Notes under the pieces: model-generated
Database searches by the model: none
What the model was told of the DNA's origin: nothing
The model's input: only the letters and a program-made list of their open reading frames with translations
Program-made: the position numbers and the translations under genes
From: an uncultured Acidobacteriota bacterium
GTDB lineage: Bacteria; Actinomycetota; Acidimicrobiia; Spongiisociales; ZC4RG35
NCBI GenBank assembly: GCA_963848695.1
Contig: CAWKEI010000018.1
Coordinates: 140,110 to 204,109, forward strand
Length of the DNA stretch: 64,000 nt
Reading direction: 5' to 3'
Part shown: in pieces, positions 19,639-31,600 of the stretch
How the letters are laid out: each line of letters opens with the position of its first letter
Numbering within the stretch: position 1 is the first letter of the stretch

Positions 19639-21117
19639 ATGTCCGAGCTCATCGGCGCCCTCGACCAGGGCACGACCTCGACACGTTTCATGATCTTCGA
19701 CCACGGGGGAGAGGTGGTCTCGGTCGATCAACAGGAACATCGCCAGATCTTCCCCCGGCCAGGCTGGGTCGAACACGACCCCATTGAGATCTGGTCGACG
19801 ACGATTGCGGTCATCGAGGGTGCACTCTCGCGGAAAGGTCTGACCGCTTCTGACCTGATGGCGGTCGGCCTGACCAATCAGCGCGAGACCACTGTGATCT
19901 GGGACCGTCGCAGCGGCGAGCCGATTCACAACGCCATCGTGTGGCAGGACACTCGCACCGCCGACCTCTGCGCCGAGCTGGCCGGAGAGGTCGGTCCCGA
20001 CCGATTCCGGGCGAAGACCGGACTGCCGCTGGCCACCTACTTCTCCGGCCCCAAGGCGCGTCATCTCCTCCAGGAGCTCGACTTGGTCGAATCCGCGGAG
20101 CGGGGCGAGCTCGCCTTCGGGACGATGGACTCGTGGATTGCATGGAATCTCACCGGTGGCCGGCACATCACCGACGTGACCAACGCCTCGCGCACCCTGC
20201 TCATGGATCTGATCACCGGTACCTGGGATGCCGACTTGACGTTGGAGATCGGCGTGCCCACCGCCATCCTCCCCGAGATAGTCCCCTCGATCGGGATCGA
20301 CCTCCAATGCGTCGGGCCACTGGACGGCGTACCACTTGCTGCCATTCTGGGAGACCAGCAAGCGGCCCTTTTCGGACAGGCCTGCTTCGACCGCGGCGAG
20401 GCCAAGAACACCTACGGCACGGGCAATTTCATGTTGCTCAACACCGGCGAGACCCCGGTCGCCTCGGAGTCCGGCCTGCTGACCACTATCGCCTACCGGC
20501 GAGCCGGAGAACGCCCGGTGTATGCCCTCGAGGGATCCGTTGCGGTCACCGGCTCACTGGTGCAGTGGCTGCGCGACAACCTGCGACTCGTCGACGATGC
20601 CTCAGAGATCGAGGCGCTGGCCCGCTCGGTCGATGACAACGGCGACGTCTACTTCGTACCCGCATTCTCAGGTCTGTTCGCCCCGCACTGGCGCCCTGAC
20701 GCGCGGGGGGTCATCACCGGTCTCACCCGGTTCGCCAACCGCGGCCACATCGCCCGAGCCGCCCTCGAATCGACCGCATTCCAGACCCGCGACGTGCTGG
20801 ACGCCATGGTCACCGATTCCGGGGTCGAGTTGGAGGAGGTTCGCGTCGACGGGGGCATGACCGCCAACGAATTGCTCATGCAGTTCCAGGCCGACATCCT
20901 CGGTGTGGACGTTGTCCGGCCAAAGGTGGCCGAGACCACCGCCCTCGGCGCCGCCTACGCCGCCGGCCTGGCCGTCGGGTACTGGTCGGGTCTCGCGGAG
21001 ATCGAGTCCCTTTGGGCCGAAGATGCCCGCTGGTCGCCGGAGATGGGTGCGGGGGATCGGGACCGGCTGCACCACCGCTGGCAGGAGGCGGTGCAGAGAT
21101 CGTTGGACTGGGTTTGA
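19639..21117 (+). CDS. glpK: Glycerol kinase
   Basis: 492 aa. [13 protein letters not shown] and [15 protein letters not shown]-kinase motifs. Confidence 0.93.
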   Translation: MSELIGALDQGTTSTRFMIFDHGGEVVSVDQQEHRQIFPRPGWVEHDPIEIWSTTIAVIEGALSRKGLTASDLMAVGLTNQRETTVIWDRRSGEPIHNAIVWQDTRTADLCAELAGEVGPDRFRAKTGLPLATYFSGPKARHLLQELDLVESAERGELAFGTMDSWIAWNLTGGRHITDVTNASRTLLMDLITGTWDADLTLEIGVPTAILPEIVPSIGIDLQCVGPLDGVPLAAILGDQQAALFGQACFDRGEAKNTYGTGNFMLLNTGETPVASESGLLTTIAYRRAGERPVYALEGSVAVTGSLVQWLRDNLRLVDDASEIEALARSVDDNGDVYFVPAFSGLFAPHWRPDARGVITGLTRFANRGHIARAALESTAFQTRDVLDAMVTDSGVELEEVRVDGGMTANELLMQFQADILGVDVVRPKVAETTALGAAYAAGLAVGYWSGLAEIESLWAEDARWSPEMGAGDRDRLHHRWQEAVQRSLDWV

Positions 21118-22019
21118 GCATCTTCGATGGGTTCAGTCTCGAGAAGATCGATCTCGGCGAGATCGAGGTGCGGGTGCGGATTGGAGGAGCCGGCCCGCCT
21201 CTGCTCCTCCTCCATGGGGCGAAGCAGACCCACGTCATGTGGCATCGGGTCGCCCCGGCTCTCGCCGAGCGGTTCACGGTCGTCGCCCCCGACCTCCGTG
21301 GTTACGGAATGACCACCAAGCCGCTCTCCACCCCTGACCATTTCAATTACTCGAAGCGGGTCATGGCGCAAGACCAGATCGAGCTCATGTCAGGTCTGGG
21401 GCACTCGCGATTCTCCGTCGCCGGACACGACCGGGGGGGTCGTGTCGCCTACCGATTGGCCCTGGACCATCCCGATGCCATCCGGAACCTGGCCGTGCTT
21501 GACATCATCCCGACCGGAGAGGCATTCGAGCGAGGCGGGCGTGAGTTCGGGCTCGGCTTCTATCACTGGTTCTTCCTCGCCCAACCGGCGCCGTTCCCCG
21601 AGACGCTGATCGGGGCAGATCCCGAGTGGTATTGGCGGTGGCCGAGCCACGTGGGCTCCATCCAGGGATACCTCGACGAGGAGGCCTTGGACGACTATCT
21701 GACTTGTTTTCGCGATCCGGAGACGATTCGTGGCTTGTGCGAGGACTACCGGGCAGGGGCAACGATCGATTATGAGATCGATCTCGCCGACATGAAGGCT
21801 GGGACCAAGATCAGTTGCCCGCTGCTCGTTCTCTGGGCCGAGAAGGGCGAGCTCGACGAGTGGTACGACCCGCTCGATGTTTGGCGGAGATGGGCCGACG
21901 ACGTGCGGGGCACGGCACTGGATTGTGGCCACTATCTCCCCGAGGAGGCACCGCTCGAAACGGCCGGTGCCCTCATCGCCTTCCTCGTCGAGGACGACGC
22001 CACCTATAAGATCGGATAG
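21114..22019 (+). CDS. Alpha/beta hydrolase, haloacetate (fluoroacetate) dehalogenase / epoxide hydrolase-like
   Basis: Probable TTG start overlapping the glpK stop. [32 protein letters not shown]...VAGHDRGG matches the DehH1-like family. Confidence 0.75.
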   Translation: MSIFDGFSLEKIDLGEIEVRVRIGGAGPPLLLLHGAKQTHVMWHRVAPALAERFTVVAPDLRGYGMTTKPLSTPDHFNYSKRVMAQDQIELMSGLGHSRFSVAGHDRGGRVAYRLALDHPDAIRNLAVLDIIPTGEAFERGGREFGLGFYHWFFLAQPAPFPETLIGADPEWYWRWPSHVGSIQGYLDEEALDDYLTCFRDPETIRGLCEDYRAGATIDYEIDLADMKAGTKISCPLLVLWAEKGELDEWYDPLDVWRRWADDVRGTALDCGHYLPEEAPLETAGALIAFLVEDDATYKIG

Positions 22020-22079
22020 GTAGTCGAGGAGGACCCCATCTCAACGCCTGACATCCTCGCGCTGTCCAGGATTCTCCTG

Positions 22080-22595
22080 GTGCCTTTCATCATGGCGTTC
22101 ACCCGATCCGAGCGGATCGACAATGCCCTCGTCATCGCAGCCACTCTCTTCGCCGTCGCCGCGTTCACCGATTTCCTCGACGGATATCTGGCTCGCAGGA
22201 CCAGTGGCGGGACCCTGCTCGGGGCGTTTCTCGACACGACCGCCGACAAGATCCTCATCACGGGCACCCTGCTCGCCCTTGTCTCGATCGACCACGTCTC
22301 GATCTGGCCGGCCTCGATCATCATCTTCCGCGAGTTCCTGGTGATGGCCCTGCGTGGCGTGGTCGCCACCCAGGGAGGTTTGATCCGCCCCTCCACCTGG
22401 GGAAAGATCAAATTCATAACCCAGTTCCTGGCGATCTTCCTCGCCTTCTTCAGGCTCTCTGATCGTTGGGGGCCGTGGTACCTCGACCAGTGGGTGATGC
22501 TGATCGCGGTCATCGCCACCGTTGGCTCGGCCTGGGGATACCTCTCCGCATTCATGCACACGGTCCGCTCGGAGCCGACCCGAACCCGCACGTGA
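22080..22595 (+). CDS. pgsA: CDP-diacylglycerol--glycerol-3-phosphate 3-phosphatidyltransferase (CDP-alcohol phosphatidyltransferase)
   Basis: FTDFLDGYLARR...TADKIL CDP-OH transferase motif. The conserved N-terminal segment ISTPDILALSRILLVPF lies in-frame upstream of the GTG at 22080 with no canonical start before it (see findings). Confidence 0.8.
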   Translation: MPFIMAFTRSERIDNALVIAATLFAVAAFTDFLDGYLARRTSGGTLLGAFLDTTADKILITGTLLALVSIDHVSIWPASIIIFREFLVMALRGVVATQGGLIRPSTWGKIKFITQFLAIFLAFFRLSDRWGPWYLDQWVMLIAVIATVGSAWGYLSAFMHTVRSEPTRTRT

Positions 22596-23563
22596 GGGTT
22601 GGGGTCACCGGCGGCAGCGGTGTCGTGGGCCGTTCAGTTGTCCGGCATCTCATCGGGGAGGGACACCAAGTCGTGGCCCTGGCCCGATCGGCGGTCGCCG
22701 CCGCGGGGTTGGAGAGCCTCGGGGCAAGGCCGGTGGAAGGCGATGTCCTCGACAAGGCCAGTCTGCGCCACATCGCCGCTGGCGTGGACCGCGTGTTCCA
22801 CGTCGCCGGGGTCAACCAGATGTGTTCTCGTGACCCCGAAATGATGGATCTGGTCAACATCCAGGGGACCCGAAACGTGATCGAAGCCTGCCGGTCATCC
22901 GGTGTGGGACGGATGATCCACACGTCATCGGCGGCTGCGATCGGTGAGAGGCATGGGACCGTCGGGAGGGAGGACAGCCCGCATCGGGGAAGCTATCTGT
23001 CTCGATATGAGAGGTCGAAGCATCTGTCGGAGCAAGTCCTTTTCGAGGAAGCCGGCGACGTCGACGTCGTCGCGGTGAGCCCATCTTCGGTGCAAGGACC
23101 AGGCCGATCCTCGGGCACGGGCAAGCTGATCCTCGATGTCGTCAACGGGCGCCTCCCGTTCCTCGTGAAGACGACGGTCTCCATCGTCGACATCGACGAT
23201 TGCGCCCGGGGGCATCTCCTGGCGGCGGACAAGGGAGCGCGAGGGGAGCGGTACATCCTGAACGGCGCGAGTTTCCCGATCAGGGAAGTGATCGACGTGC
23301 TCTCATCCAGTACCGGACGTCGCCTGAATCCGAGGTTTCTCCCTGGCTGGGTGGCAGCGGCGGGCGCCTCAGTGATCTCGGCTGGGGCGAAGCTGGCCGG
23401 TCGACATCCTCCGGTCTGTCGGGAGATGGTCAAAGTGCTGCGGGCCGGGCATACCTATGACGGGAGCCGGGCGACGAGGGAGCTCGGCCTCGATTACACC
23501 CCGATCGAAGCCACTATCCGCCGCACGGTGGACTGGTTCCAGGAGCAGGGCTTGCTCCGCTGA
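22592..23563 (+). CDS. NAD-dependent epimerase/dehydratase family protein (SDR)
   Basis: GTG start overlapping the pgsA stop. GVTGGSGVVG Rossmann motif and YxxxK present. Confidence 0.8.
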   Translation: MRVGVTGGSGVVGRSVVRHLIGEGHQVVALARSAVAAAGLESLGARPVEGDVLDKASLRHIAAGVDRVFHVAGVNQMCSRDPEMMDLVNIQGTRNVIEACRSSGVGRMIHTSSAAAIGERHGTVGREDSPHRGSYLSRYERSKHLSEQVLFEEAGDVDVVAVSPSSVQGPGRSSGTGKLILDVVNGRLPFLVKTTVSIVDIDDCARGHLLAADKGARGERYILNGASFPIREVIDVLSSSTGRRLNPRFLPGWVAAAGASVISAGAKLAGRHPPVCREMVKVLRAGHTYDGSRATRELGLDYTPIEATIRRTVDWFQEQGLLR

Positions 23564-23587
23564 ACCCCAGGTACCATCGGCCCCCCG

Positions 23588-26500
23588 ATGGTTGCCCCCC
23601 TTGCGCCGCTCCTGTCCGGCTGGCGGTCCGCCCCTTTGCCCGATCTCCACGGCACCTGGTCTGTGGCGCCGGGTGGGCGGGCGTTTGCCATCGCCGGGTT
23701 GGCCGAGCAGATCGGCTCGTCCTTCCTCGTCGTCGTCCCTGGTGAGCGCGATGCCGAGGAACTGGTCGACGACCTCCTCCTGTTCTCGCCCGAGGTCCTC
23801 CTCGCCCCAGCCTGGGAGACGCTGCCGTTCGAGCACGTGTCACCCAACATCGCCACCATGGCGCACCGGTCCGAGGCGAGGCACGCTCTCGAACGAAGTG
23901 ATCCTGTCATCGTGGTCGCCAGTGTCCGGAGCGCCATCCAGCGACTCAGCCCGTCTCCTCATTCCCCGCTGACTCTCGCTCCGGGCGCCGAGACCAGCAT
24001 CGACGAGCTGTCCCGAACGCTCGCAGGTCTCGGCTACAGCCGGACCGATCGTGTCGAGGCGCGCGGCGAGTTCGCAATCAGGGGCGGGATAGTCGACATC
24101 TTCCCGGCCCAGATGGAGAGCCCGGCTCGTCTCGACTTCTGGGGCGACCAACTGGACGAGATCAGGGCATTCTCGGTGGGGACCCAGCGCTCCGAAGAGA
24201 CCGTCCCGCTGCTCGTTGCGTTTCCTGCGCGAGAGGTGCGGCCCGACCAGCAGATCAGAGAGCGGGCCGAGCAGCTGGTGCGATCGGAGCCGTGGAGCGC
24301 CTCGACCTGGGATCGGGTGGCGGAAGGCCAGATCTTCCCGGGGATCGAGTCCTGGCTCCCCTGGCTGGCCGAGCCACGATCGATGATCGACACGCTTCCG
24401 TCCCGGACGAACCTCATCCTGGTCGAGCCGAGCCGTGCCCTGGATCGGGCTCGTGAGCTGGTCAAAGAGGAGTCGGAGCTCGCTGCCGCCCTCGCCCCGA
24501 CTTGGGGTGAGCAGGCCCCGGTCGCAGGTGAGCACCCGGCGCTGTTCCTCGACCTGGAGGAGAGCCTCGCCGGACGGGCCCATCTGCGTCTTCCCTCCAG
24601 CCCTACCGGCCCGGGTGATTCCGTTCTCGAGATTCATGGCTTCGATGCCCAGCCCGGCCAACCGGATTCGGTCGCCGCCGCGCTGGGGCGATTGCTCGGC
24701 CAGCGAATCGACACCATCGTCGCCATGGATGGAGAGGCGGCTGCCGATCGTGTCGCGTCCGCCCTGGCCGAGCACGGTCTCGTCCTCGACCGCCTGAGCG
24801 CCCTCGAGACACCGAGATCTGGAGTAATCCCGATCGGTATCCACAAGGGGTTTGTCGCGCCCTCCATTGGGGCTGCCGTGCTGGGCGAGCAGGAGGTCGC
24901 CGGGCGGCGCCGTGCCCATCGCAGAGTTGGGCGGACGCGGGTGGAAGTTGCACCGCAGTACCGGGACCTGACCGAGGGGGACTTCGTCGTCCATCACCAA
25001 CACGGGATCGGCAGATTCGAAGGATTGGTCTCGAGAACCATGGCTGGGATCGAGCGTGACTATCTGATCATTGGATACGCCGGAGAGGACAGGCTTTATG
25101 TGCCGGTCGACCAGCTCGCCGCCGTGCGCCGTTACACCGGCGGTGAGGTGCCTCGCGTCTCACGGATGGGGGGCAAAGACTGGTCAGAGCAGAAGACCAA
25201 GGTGCGCAAGGCCGTGGCCGCCGTCGCTCAACAGGTGGTGGAGTTGCATCGGCAGCGGGCGGCTGCCGCGGGCCACACCTATGACCCGGACACACCGTGG
25301 CAGAGAGAGATGGAGGGGTCCTTTCCCTACGAGGAAACTCAAGATCAGATGCGGGCCATCGTCGAGGTCAAAGCTGACATGGAGTCGCCCCAGCCGATGG
25401 ACCGCCTCGTCTTCGGCGATGTCGGATACGGCAAGACCGAGGTGGCGATCCGGGCCGCCTTCAAGGCCGTCCAGGCCGGGAAACAGGTAGCCGTTCTCGC
25501 CCCAACCACGTTGCTCGCCCAGCAGCATCATCAGACATTCGGGGAGCGTTTCCAGAGCTACCCGGTGAACGTCGAGGCGCTTTCCCGTTTCCTGACAGCG
25601 AAACAACAGAAGTCCGTCGTCGCCGGTCTGGCCAGCGGCGAGGTCGACGTGGTGATCGGGACCCATCGCCTTTTGTCCAACGACATCCATTTCAAAGACC
25701 TGGGCCTGCTCGTGGTCGACGAGGAACAGCGGTTCGGGGTCTCGGCCAAGGACGAGATCAAGCGGCTCAAGGTCGGCGTGGACGTCCTCACCCTGACCGC
25801 CACCCCGATCCCGAGAACACTGGAGATGGCGCTGACCGGGATCCGGGATGTGTCCCATATCCGGACACCGCCTGAGGACCGTCATCCCATCCTCACCTAT
25901 GTCGGGCCCTATGAGGAGCAGTCGGTGTCGGCAGCGATCAGACGGGAGCTGCTGCGTGAAGGTCAGGTCTTCTATGTGCACAACCGCGTCCAGTCGATCG
26001 ACCGGGCGGTGGCCCGTCTCCAGGAGCTCGTGCCCGATGCCAGCTATGTGGTGGCCCACGGTCAGATGTCCGAAGGTCAGCTCGAACAGGTGATGATCGA
26101 TTTCTGGAACGGCGAATACGACGTGATGGTGGCGACCACGATCATCGAATCCGGTCTCGATCTGCCCAAGGTCAACACCTTGATAGTGGAGCGAGCCGAC
26201 CTTCTCGGACTGGCCCAGCTCTATCAGCTGAGGGGCCGGGTGGGACGATCGGATCAGCGTGCATATGCCTATCTGTTCCATCCCACCGACCAGTCGTTGA
26301 CCGAGGACGCCCATCGGCGACTCGAGGCCATCGGCGAGGCGACCGACCTCGGCTCAGGGTTCCAGCTGGCTCTGCGCGATCTCGAGATAAGAGGCGCCGG
26401 GTCGATCCTCGGAGAGGTGCAGAGCGGGCACATCGCGGCCGTCGGCTTCGATCTCTATGCGGAGCTGGTGGCGGAGGCCGTTTCGGAGCTCGAGGGCCGG

Positions 26501-26938
26501 GAGCCAGCAGCGCCCCCGCAGCGCGAGGTCCGGATCGACTTGCCTGTTGACGCCCATCTCCCCGAGTCGTATGTCGCCGACCAGGAGCTCAGGTTGGAGG
26601 CATACCGTCGGCTGGCCACGACCACCACGGATGCCGAGGTGGACGATGTGGCCGCCGAGTGGCTCGACCGTTTCGGGCCCTTGCCGCCGGAGGCGGAGGC
26701 ACTGATCTCTCTGGCCCGTCTCCGGGTCGAGGCGCTGCGGGTAGGTCTCGAGGAGCTAGTCCAACTCAGACACGAAGTGAGGATGGGGCCGGTGGACCTG
26801 AAAACCTCACAAGAGGTCAGACTCAAGCGGCTCCAACCCCGCTCGGTCCTCAACGCCCAGGAGGGGGTGCTGTTCATCCCCGCCCCACGCGACCTGGTCC
26901 CGGGTCTGATCGGCTTCCTCCAAGAAATGTGGGAGTGA
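23588..26938 (+). CDS. mfd: Transcription-repair coupling factor Mfd
   Basis: 1116 aa. UvrB-homology N-terminus, superfamily-2 helicase motifs (GDVGYGKTEVA, DEEQRFG) and TRG/C-terminal domains. Confidence 0.95.
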   Translation: MVAPLAPLLSGWRSAPLPDLHGTWSVAPGGRAFAIAGLAEQIGSSFLVVVPGERDAEELVDDLLLFSPEVLLAPAWETLPFEHVSPNIATMAHRSEARHALERSDPVIVVASVRSAIQRLSPSPHSPLTLAPGAETSIDELSRTLAGLGYSRTDRVEARGEFAIRGGIVDIFPAQMESPARLDFWGDQLDEIRAFSVGTQRSEETVPLLVAFPAREVRPDQQIRERAEQLVRSEPWSASTWDRVAEGQIFPGIESWLPWLAEPRSMIDTLPSRTNLILVEPSRALDRARELVKEESELAAALAPTWGEQAPVAGEHPALFLDLEESLAGRAHLRLPSSPTGPGDSVLEIHGFDAQPGQPDSVAAALGRLLGQRIDTIVAMDGEAAADRVASALAEHGLVLDRLSALETPRSGVIPIGIHKGFVAPSIGAAVLGEQEVAGRRRAHRRVGRTRVEVAPQYRDLTEGDFVVHHQHGIGRFEGLVSRTMAGIERDYLIIGYAGEDRLYVPVDQLAAVRRYTGGEVPRVSRMGGKDWSEQKTKVRKAVAAVAQQVVELHRQRAAAAGHTYDPDTPWQREMEGSFPYEETQDQMRAIVEVKADMESPQPMDRLVFGDVGYGKTEVAIRAAFKAVQAGKQVAVLAPTTLLAQQHHQTFGERFQSYPVNVEALSRFLTAKQQKSVVAGLASGEVDVVIGTHRLLSNDIHFKDLGLLVVDEEQRFGVSAKDEIKRLKVGVDVLTLTATPIPRTLEMALTGIRDVSHIRTPPEDRHPILTYVGPYEEQSVSAAIRRELLREGQVFYVHNRVQSIDRAVARLQELVPDASYVVAHGQMSEGQLEQVMIDFWNGEYDVMVATTIIESGLDLPKVNTLIVERADLLGLAQLYQLRGRVGRSDQRAYAYLFHPTDQSLTEDAHRRLEAIGEATDLGSGFQLALRDLEIRGAGSILGEVQSGHIAAVGFDLYAELVAEAVSELEGREPAAPPQREVRIDLPVDAHLPESYVADQELRLEAYRRLATTTTDAEVDDVAAEWLDRFGPLPPEAEALISLARLRVEALRVGLEELVQLRHEVRMGPVDLKTSQEVRLKRLQPRSVLNAQEGVLFIPAPRDLVPGLIGFLQEMWE

Positions 26939-26967
26939 AGAGTTGTAAGTCATAGGTCTTAGGACCG

Positions 26968-26996
26968 CCTACCACCTACCACCTACGACCTATTAC
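26968..26996. repeat. Tandem heptamer repeat CCTACCA/CCTACGA x~4 in polypyrimidine tract upstream of lipoprotein PPIase gene
   Basis: Reads cctaccacctaccacctacgacctattac, a local low-GC pyrimidine-rich segment between mfd and the next gene. Confidence 0.5.
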
Positions 26997-27031
26997 TCTT
27001 TCCTCTCTCCCCTTTTCCGAAGGATCCTGTC

Positions 27032-27937
27032 TTGAAGAAGTACGCATCAATCCTGCTCGTCGCCGCGCTCGCCGTCTCCGCATGTGGGAGCGGAAGCGGC
27101 GTCGCCGCCACCGTCAACGGTGAGGACATCACTGTCGAGGACGTCGAAGCCCTCCTCGTCCCTGCCGAAGGGACCACCATCCCGAAGGCGGATTTCGCCG
27201 CGGCGCTCGGGTTCCTGGTGCAGCAGCAAATCATCGCCGACGCCGCCGAGGCGGAGTTCGGGATCACCATCGAGGATTCCGAGATCGCCACCGAAGCCGA
27301 CGCCCTGGTCGAGGAATCATCCACCGAAGGTCAGACCCGTGAGGACTTTCTCGAGTCACAGCAGATAACCGAGGAGCTCCTGCAAGGGATCGCCTTCAGC
27401 CAGTTACTCGTCGGGCAGATCAGTGAGACTCTGGAGGCCGATGTCACCGCCCCCACCCAGGAGGAGATCGACACCGTCATGACCGACGCCGAGGCCCTCT
27501 ATTGCGCTTCGCACATCCTCGTCGCCACCCAGCAGGAAGCGGATGACGTCGCAGCCCGTCTCGAGGCCGGCGAGGACTTCGCCACCCTCGCAGCCGAGGT
27601 TTCGACTGATACCGGGAGCGGCGCTCAGGGAGGTGACCTGGGTTGTGAGTCGTCGGACCTGTACGACCCGGCCTTCGCCGAGGCGCTCACCACAGCCGAG
27701 GTAGGTGTGCCGACCGCCCCGGTCGAGAGCCAGTTCGGGTTCCATGTCATCCTGCTCAGGGATGACGAGATCCCGACCGAGGAAGAGGCCAAGGAGTCTC
27801 TAACGGCTGAGGCGGTCAATGCGGCGGCAAACACTTGGTTCACCGAACAGTTCGAGGCAGCCGACGTGACGGTCGACGAGACTTACGGCACGTGGCAGGC
27901 GACCCCGACCCCACAGGTGGTTCCCCCCACCGAGTGA
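27032..27937 (+). CDS. Lipoprotein peptidyl-prolyl cis-trans isomerase (parvulin/PpiC-type, PrsA/SurA-like)
   Basis: TTG start, signal peptide with lipobox LAVSAC, and a PpiC domain (HILVATQQEADDV...GGDLGC). Confidence 0.75.
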   Translation: MKKYASILLVAALAVSACGSGSGVAATVNGEDITVEDVEALLVPAEGTTIPKADFAAALGFLVQQQIIADAAEAEFGITIEDSEIATEADALVEESSTEGQTREDFLESQQITEELLQGIAFSQLLVGQISETLEADVTAPTQEEIDTVMTDAEALYCASHILVATQQEADDVAARLEAGEDFATLAAEVSTDTGSGAQGGDLGCESSDLYDPAFAEALTTAEVGVPTAPVESQFGFHVILLRDDEIPTEEEAKESLTAEAVNAAANTWFTEQFEAADVTVDETYGTWQATPTPQVVPPTE

Positions 27938-29346
27938 TCACGGTCATCGGTCTGGGCCCTGGCGACTTCGTCCGGATTCCGGCTGCCGTCCGCACTATCC
28001 TCCTCGACCCCCACCTGAGGGTCATCGTCCGCACGATCGAGCACCCTGCCGCGGAGCAATTGGGCCTGATGAGGGAGATCGAGACCTGCGATGACCTCTA
28101 CCAGGTCTCCGAGTCCTTCGATGAGCTCTACCGGGCCATTGCCGACCGGGTCCTCGATGCGGCCTCCCAAGGCACAGTCGTCTATGCAGTCCCGGGCAGC
28201 CCGATGGTTGGCGAGCTCACAGTTCGCAATCTGCTCGAGTCGGGAGTCGAAATCGAAGTGCTTCCCGGCGAGTCGTTCGTCGACGCCATCCTCGCCGAAG
28301 TCGGATATGACCCCCTCGACCGGGGCCTGCAGATAATCAACGGCCACGACTTGCCTGATCCCCTGGTCCTGGACAAGCCGACCATCGTCGCCCAACTCGA
28401 TCGCCCCGAGATCCTCGCCGAAGTCGCAGCTCAGATCTCCCGGGTGTTGCCGGAGGAGGCAACGATCGTTGTGCTGGCGGGTCTCGGATCTTCTGATGCG
28501 GTCAGGCTCGATATCGCCCCCGATCAGGTCGAGCCTGACCTGGCCGGGTGGCGCACCTCGATCTTCATCGACTCGGAGCCGGGAGGGCTGATCGGGGCGG
28601 TGCGCACGATGAGGATCTTGCGTGAGGAATGCCCATGGGATCGGGAGCAGACCCACCAGACCCTCATCAAATACCTGGTCGAAGAGACCTACGAGTTGAT
28701 CGACGCGGTGGGCAGGCTCGACACAGAGAGCCCGGACTGGGTCGGTTATGCCGCAGTGGAGGACGAATTGGGTGACGTGCTCCTCTCCGTCCTTTTCCAC
28801 GCCGCGATCGCCCGGGAGAAAGGCGCGTTCGACATCGACGACGCCGCCGAGGTGATGAGACAGAAACTGGTGCGGCGCCATCCACATGTGTTCGGAGATG
28901 TCGCTGTCGACACCGCCGCCGAGGTGAAACGGAACTGGGATCAGATCAAAGACGAGGAGCGCGGGGCCGGCCGGGATTCGAACATGGACGGCGTCCCCCC
29001 CGGAATGCCTGCCGTCCAACGGGCCTCCAAGATCCAGAATCGGGCCGCCAAAGTCGGCTTCGACTGGTCCGAGCCGTCCGAGGTTCTGCCCAAGATCCGC
29101 GAGGAGCTAGACGAGCTGGAGGCGGTTCTCGACGACCCGGTTCAGGCGGAGGCCGAGCTGGGTGACGTGTTGTTCTCGGTGATCAATCTGGCTCGGCACC
29201 TCGGTATCGATGGCGAGCTCGCCTTGCGCGGCGCGGCCGACCGCTTCGAAACGAGATTCCGCCACATGGAGTCGGCCGGATCACTGGACGGTTTGACGCT
29301 CGACGAGCTCGACCAACGTTGGGAAGAAGCGAAGAACACGCTATGA
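27934..29346 (+). CDS. mazG: Bifunctional tetrapyrrole-methylase-like / MazG nucleoside-triphosphate pyrophosphohydrolase (YabN-like)
   Basis: GTG start overlapping the upstream stop. N-terminal VITVIGLGPGD methylase-like domain plus two MazG EExxE repeats (LVEETYELIDA, EELDELEAVL). Confidence 0.85.
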   Translation: MITVIGLGPGDFVRIPAAVRTILLDPHLRVIVRTIEHPAAEQLGLMREIETCDDLYQVSESFDELYRAIADRVLDAASQGTVVYAVPGSPMVGELTVRNLLESGVEIEVLPGESFVDAILAEVGYDPLDRGLQIINGHDLPDPLVLDKPTIVAQLDRPEILAEVAAQISRVLPEEATIVVLAGLGSSDAVRLDIAPDQVEPDLAGWRTSIFIDSEPGGLIGAVRTMRILREECPWDREQTHQTLIKYLVEETYELIDAVGRLDTESPDWVGYAAVEDELGDVLLSVLFHAAIAREKGAFDIDDAAEVMRQKLVRRHPHVFGDVAVDTAAEVKRNWDQIKDEERGAGRDSNMDGVPPGMPAVQRASKIQNRAAKVGFDWSEPSEVLPKIREELDELEAVLDDPVQAEAELGDVLFSVINLARHLGIDGELALRGAADRFETRFRHMESAGSLDGLTLDELDQRWEEAKNTL

Positions 29347-29379
29347 GGGGTCACCTGCACAGATGAGGGGTGCTGGTAG

Positions 29380-31081
<1,702 letters not shown>

Positions 31082-31085
<4 letters not shown>

Positions 31086-31600
31086 CGGCCGGTGACGACC
31101 CTCAGGTCGTCGAGGTCCAGATCGGTCGCCCGCTTCGCGCCGATTCGACTCCGGTGTCGCGCTGTCATCTCGGGCTGCCTGTCGTGGTCCGTGTCCCGCC
31201 GATCCTCGATGACGGGACTCCGTTCCCCACCCTGTACTGGCTGACCTGCCCGCTGGCCGTCGGTCGGATCAGCCGACTCGAGGGGGCGGGGGGTATCAGA
31301 CGGCTCGAGCAGAAGGCCGAGGTCGATCCGGACTTCGGGAACCGGCTCTTGGAGGCACACACCTCCTACGAGGCCGAGCGGAGCGCCCTGCTGGCTCCCG
31401 GCTCGTCGCCGGCTCCCTCAGGTGGGGTCGGCGGAACGAGGACGGGGATCAAATGCCTCCATGCCCATTACGCCCATGCCAGGGCAGGGAATGACAACCC
31501 GGTTGGGGAGCTCGTCCAGGACTGGATCGAGCCCTTGGATTGCACCGTTCCGTGCGTTCTCGATGGAGAGGCAAACCCGGCCTGGGCCCCCAAGCCGTGA
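31082..31600 (+). CDS. DUF501 domain protein
   Basis: ATGA overlap with ftsB. Conserved position between ftsB and ppx (Rv1025-like). Confidence 0.65.
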
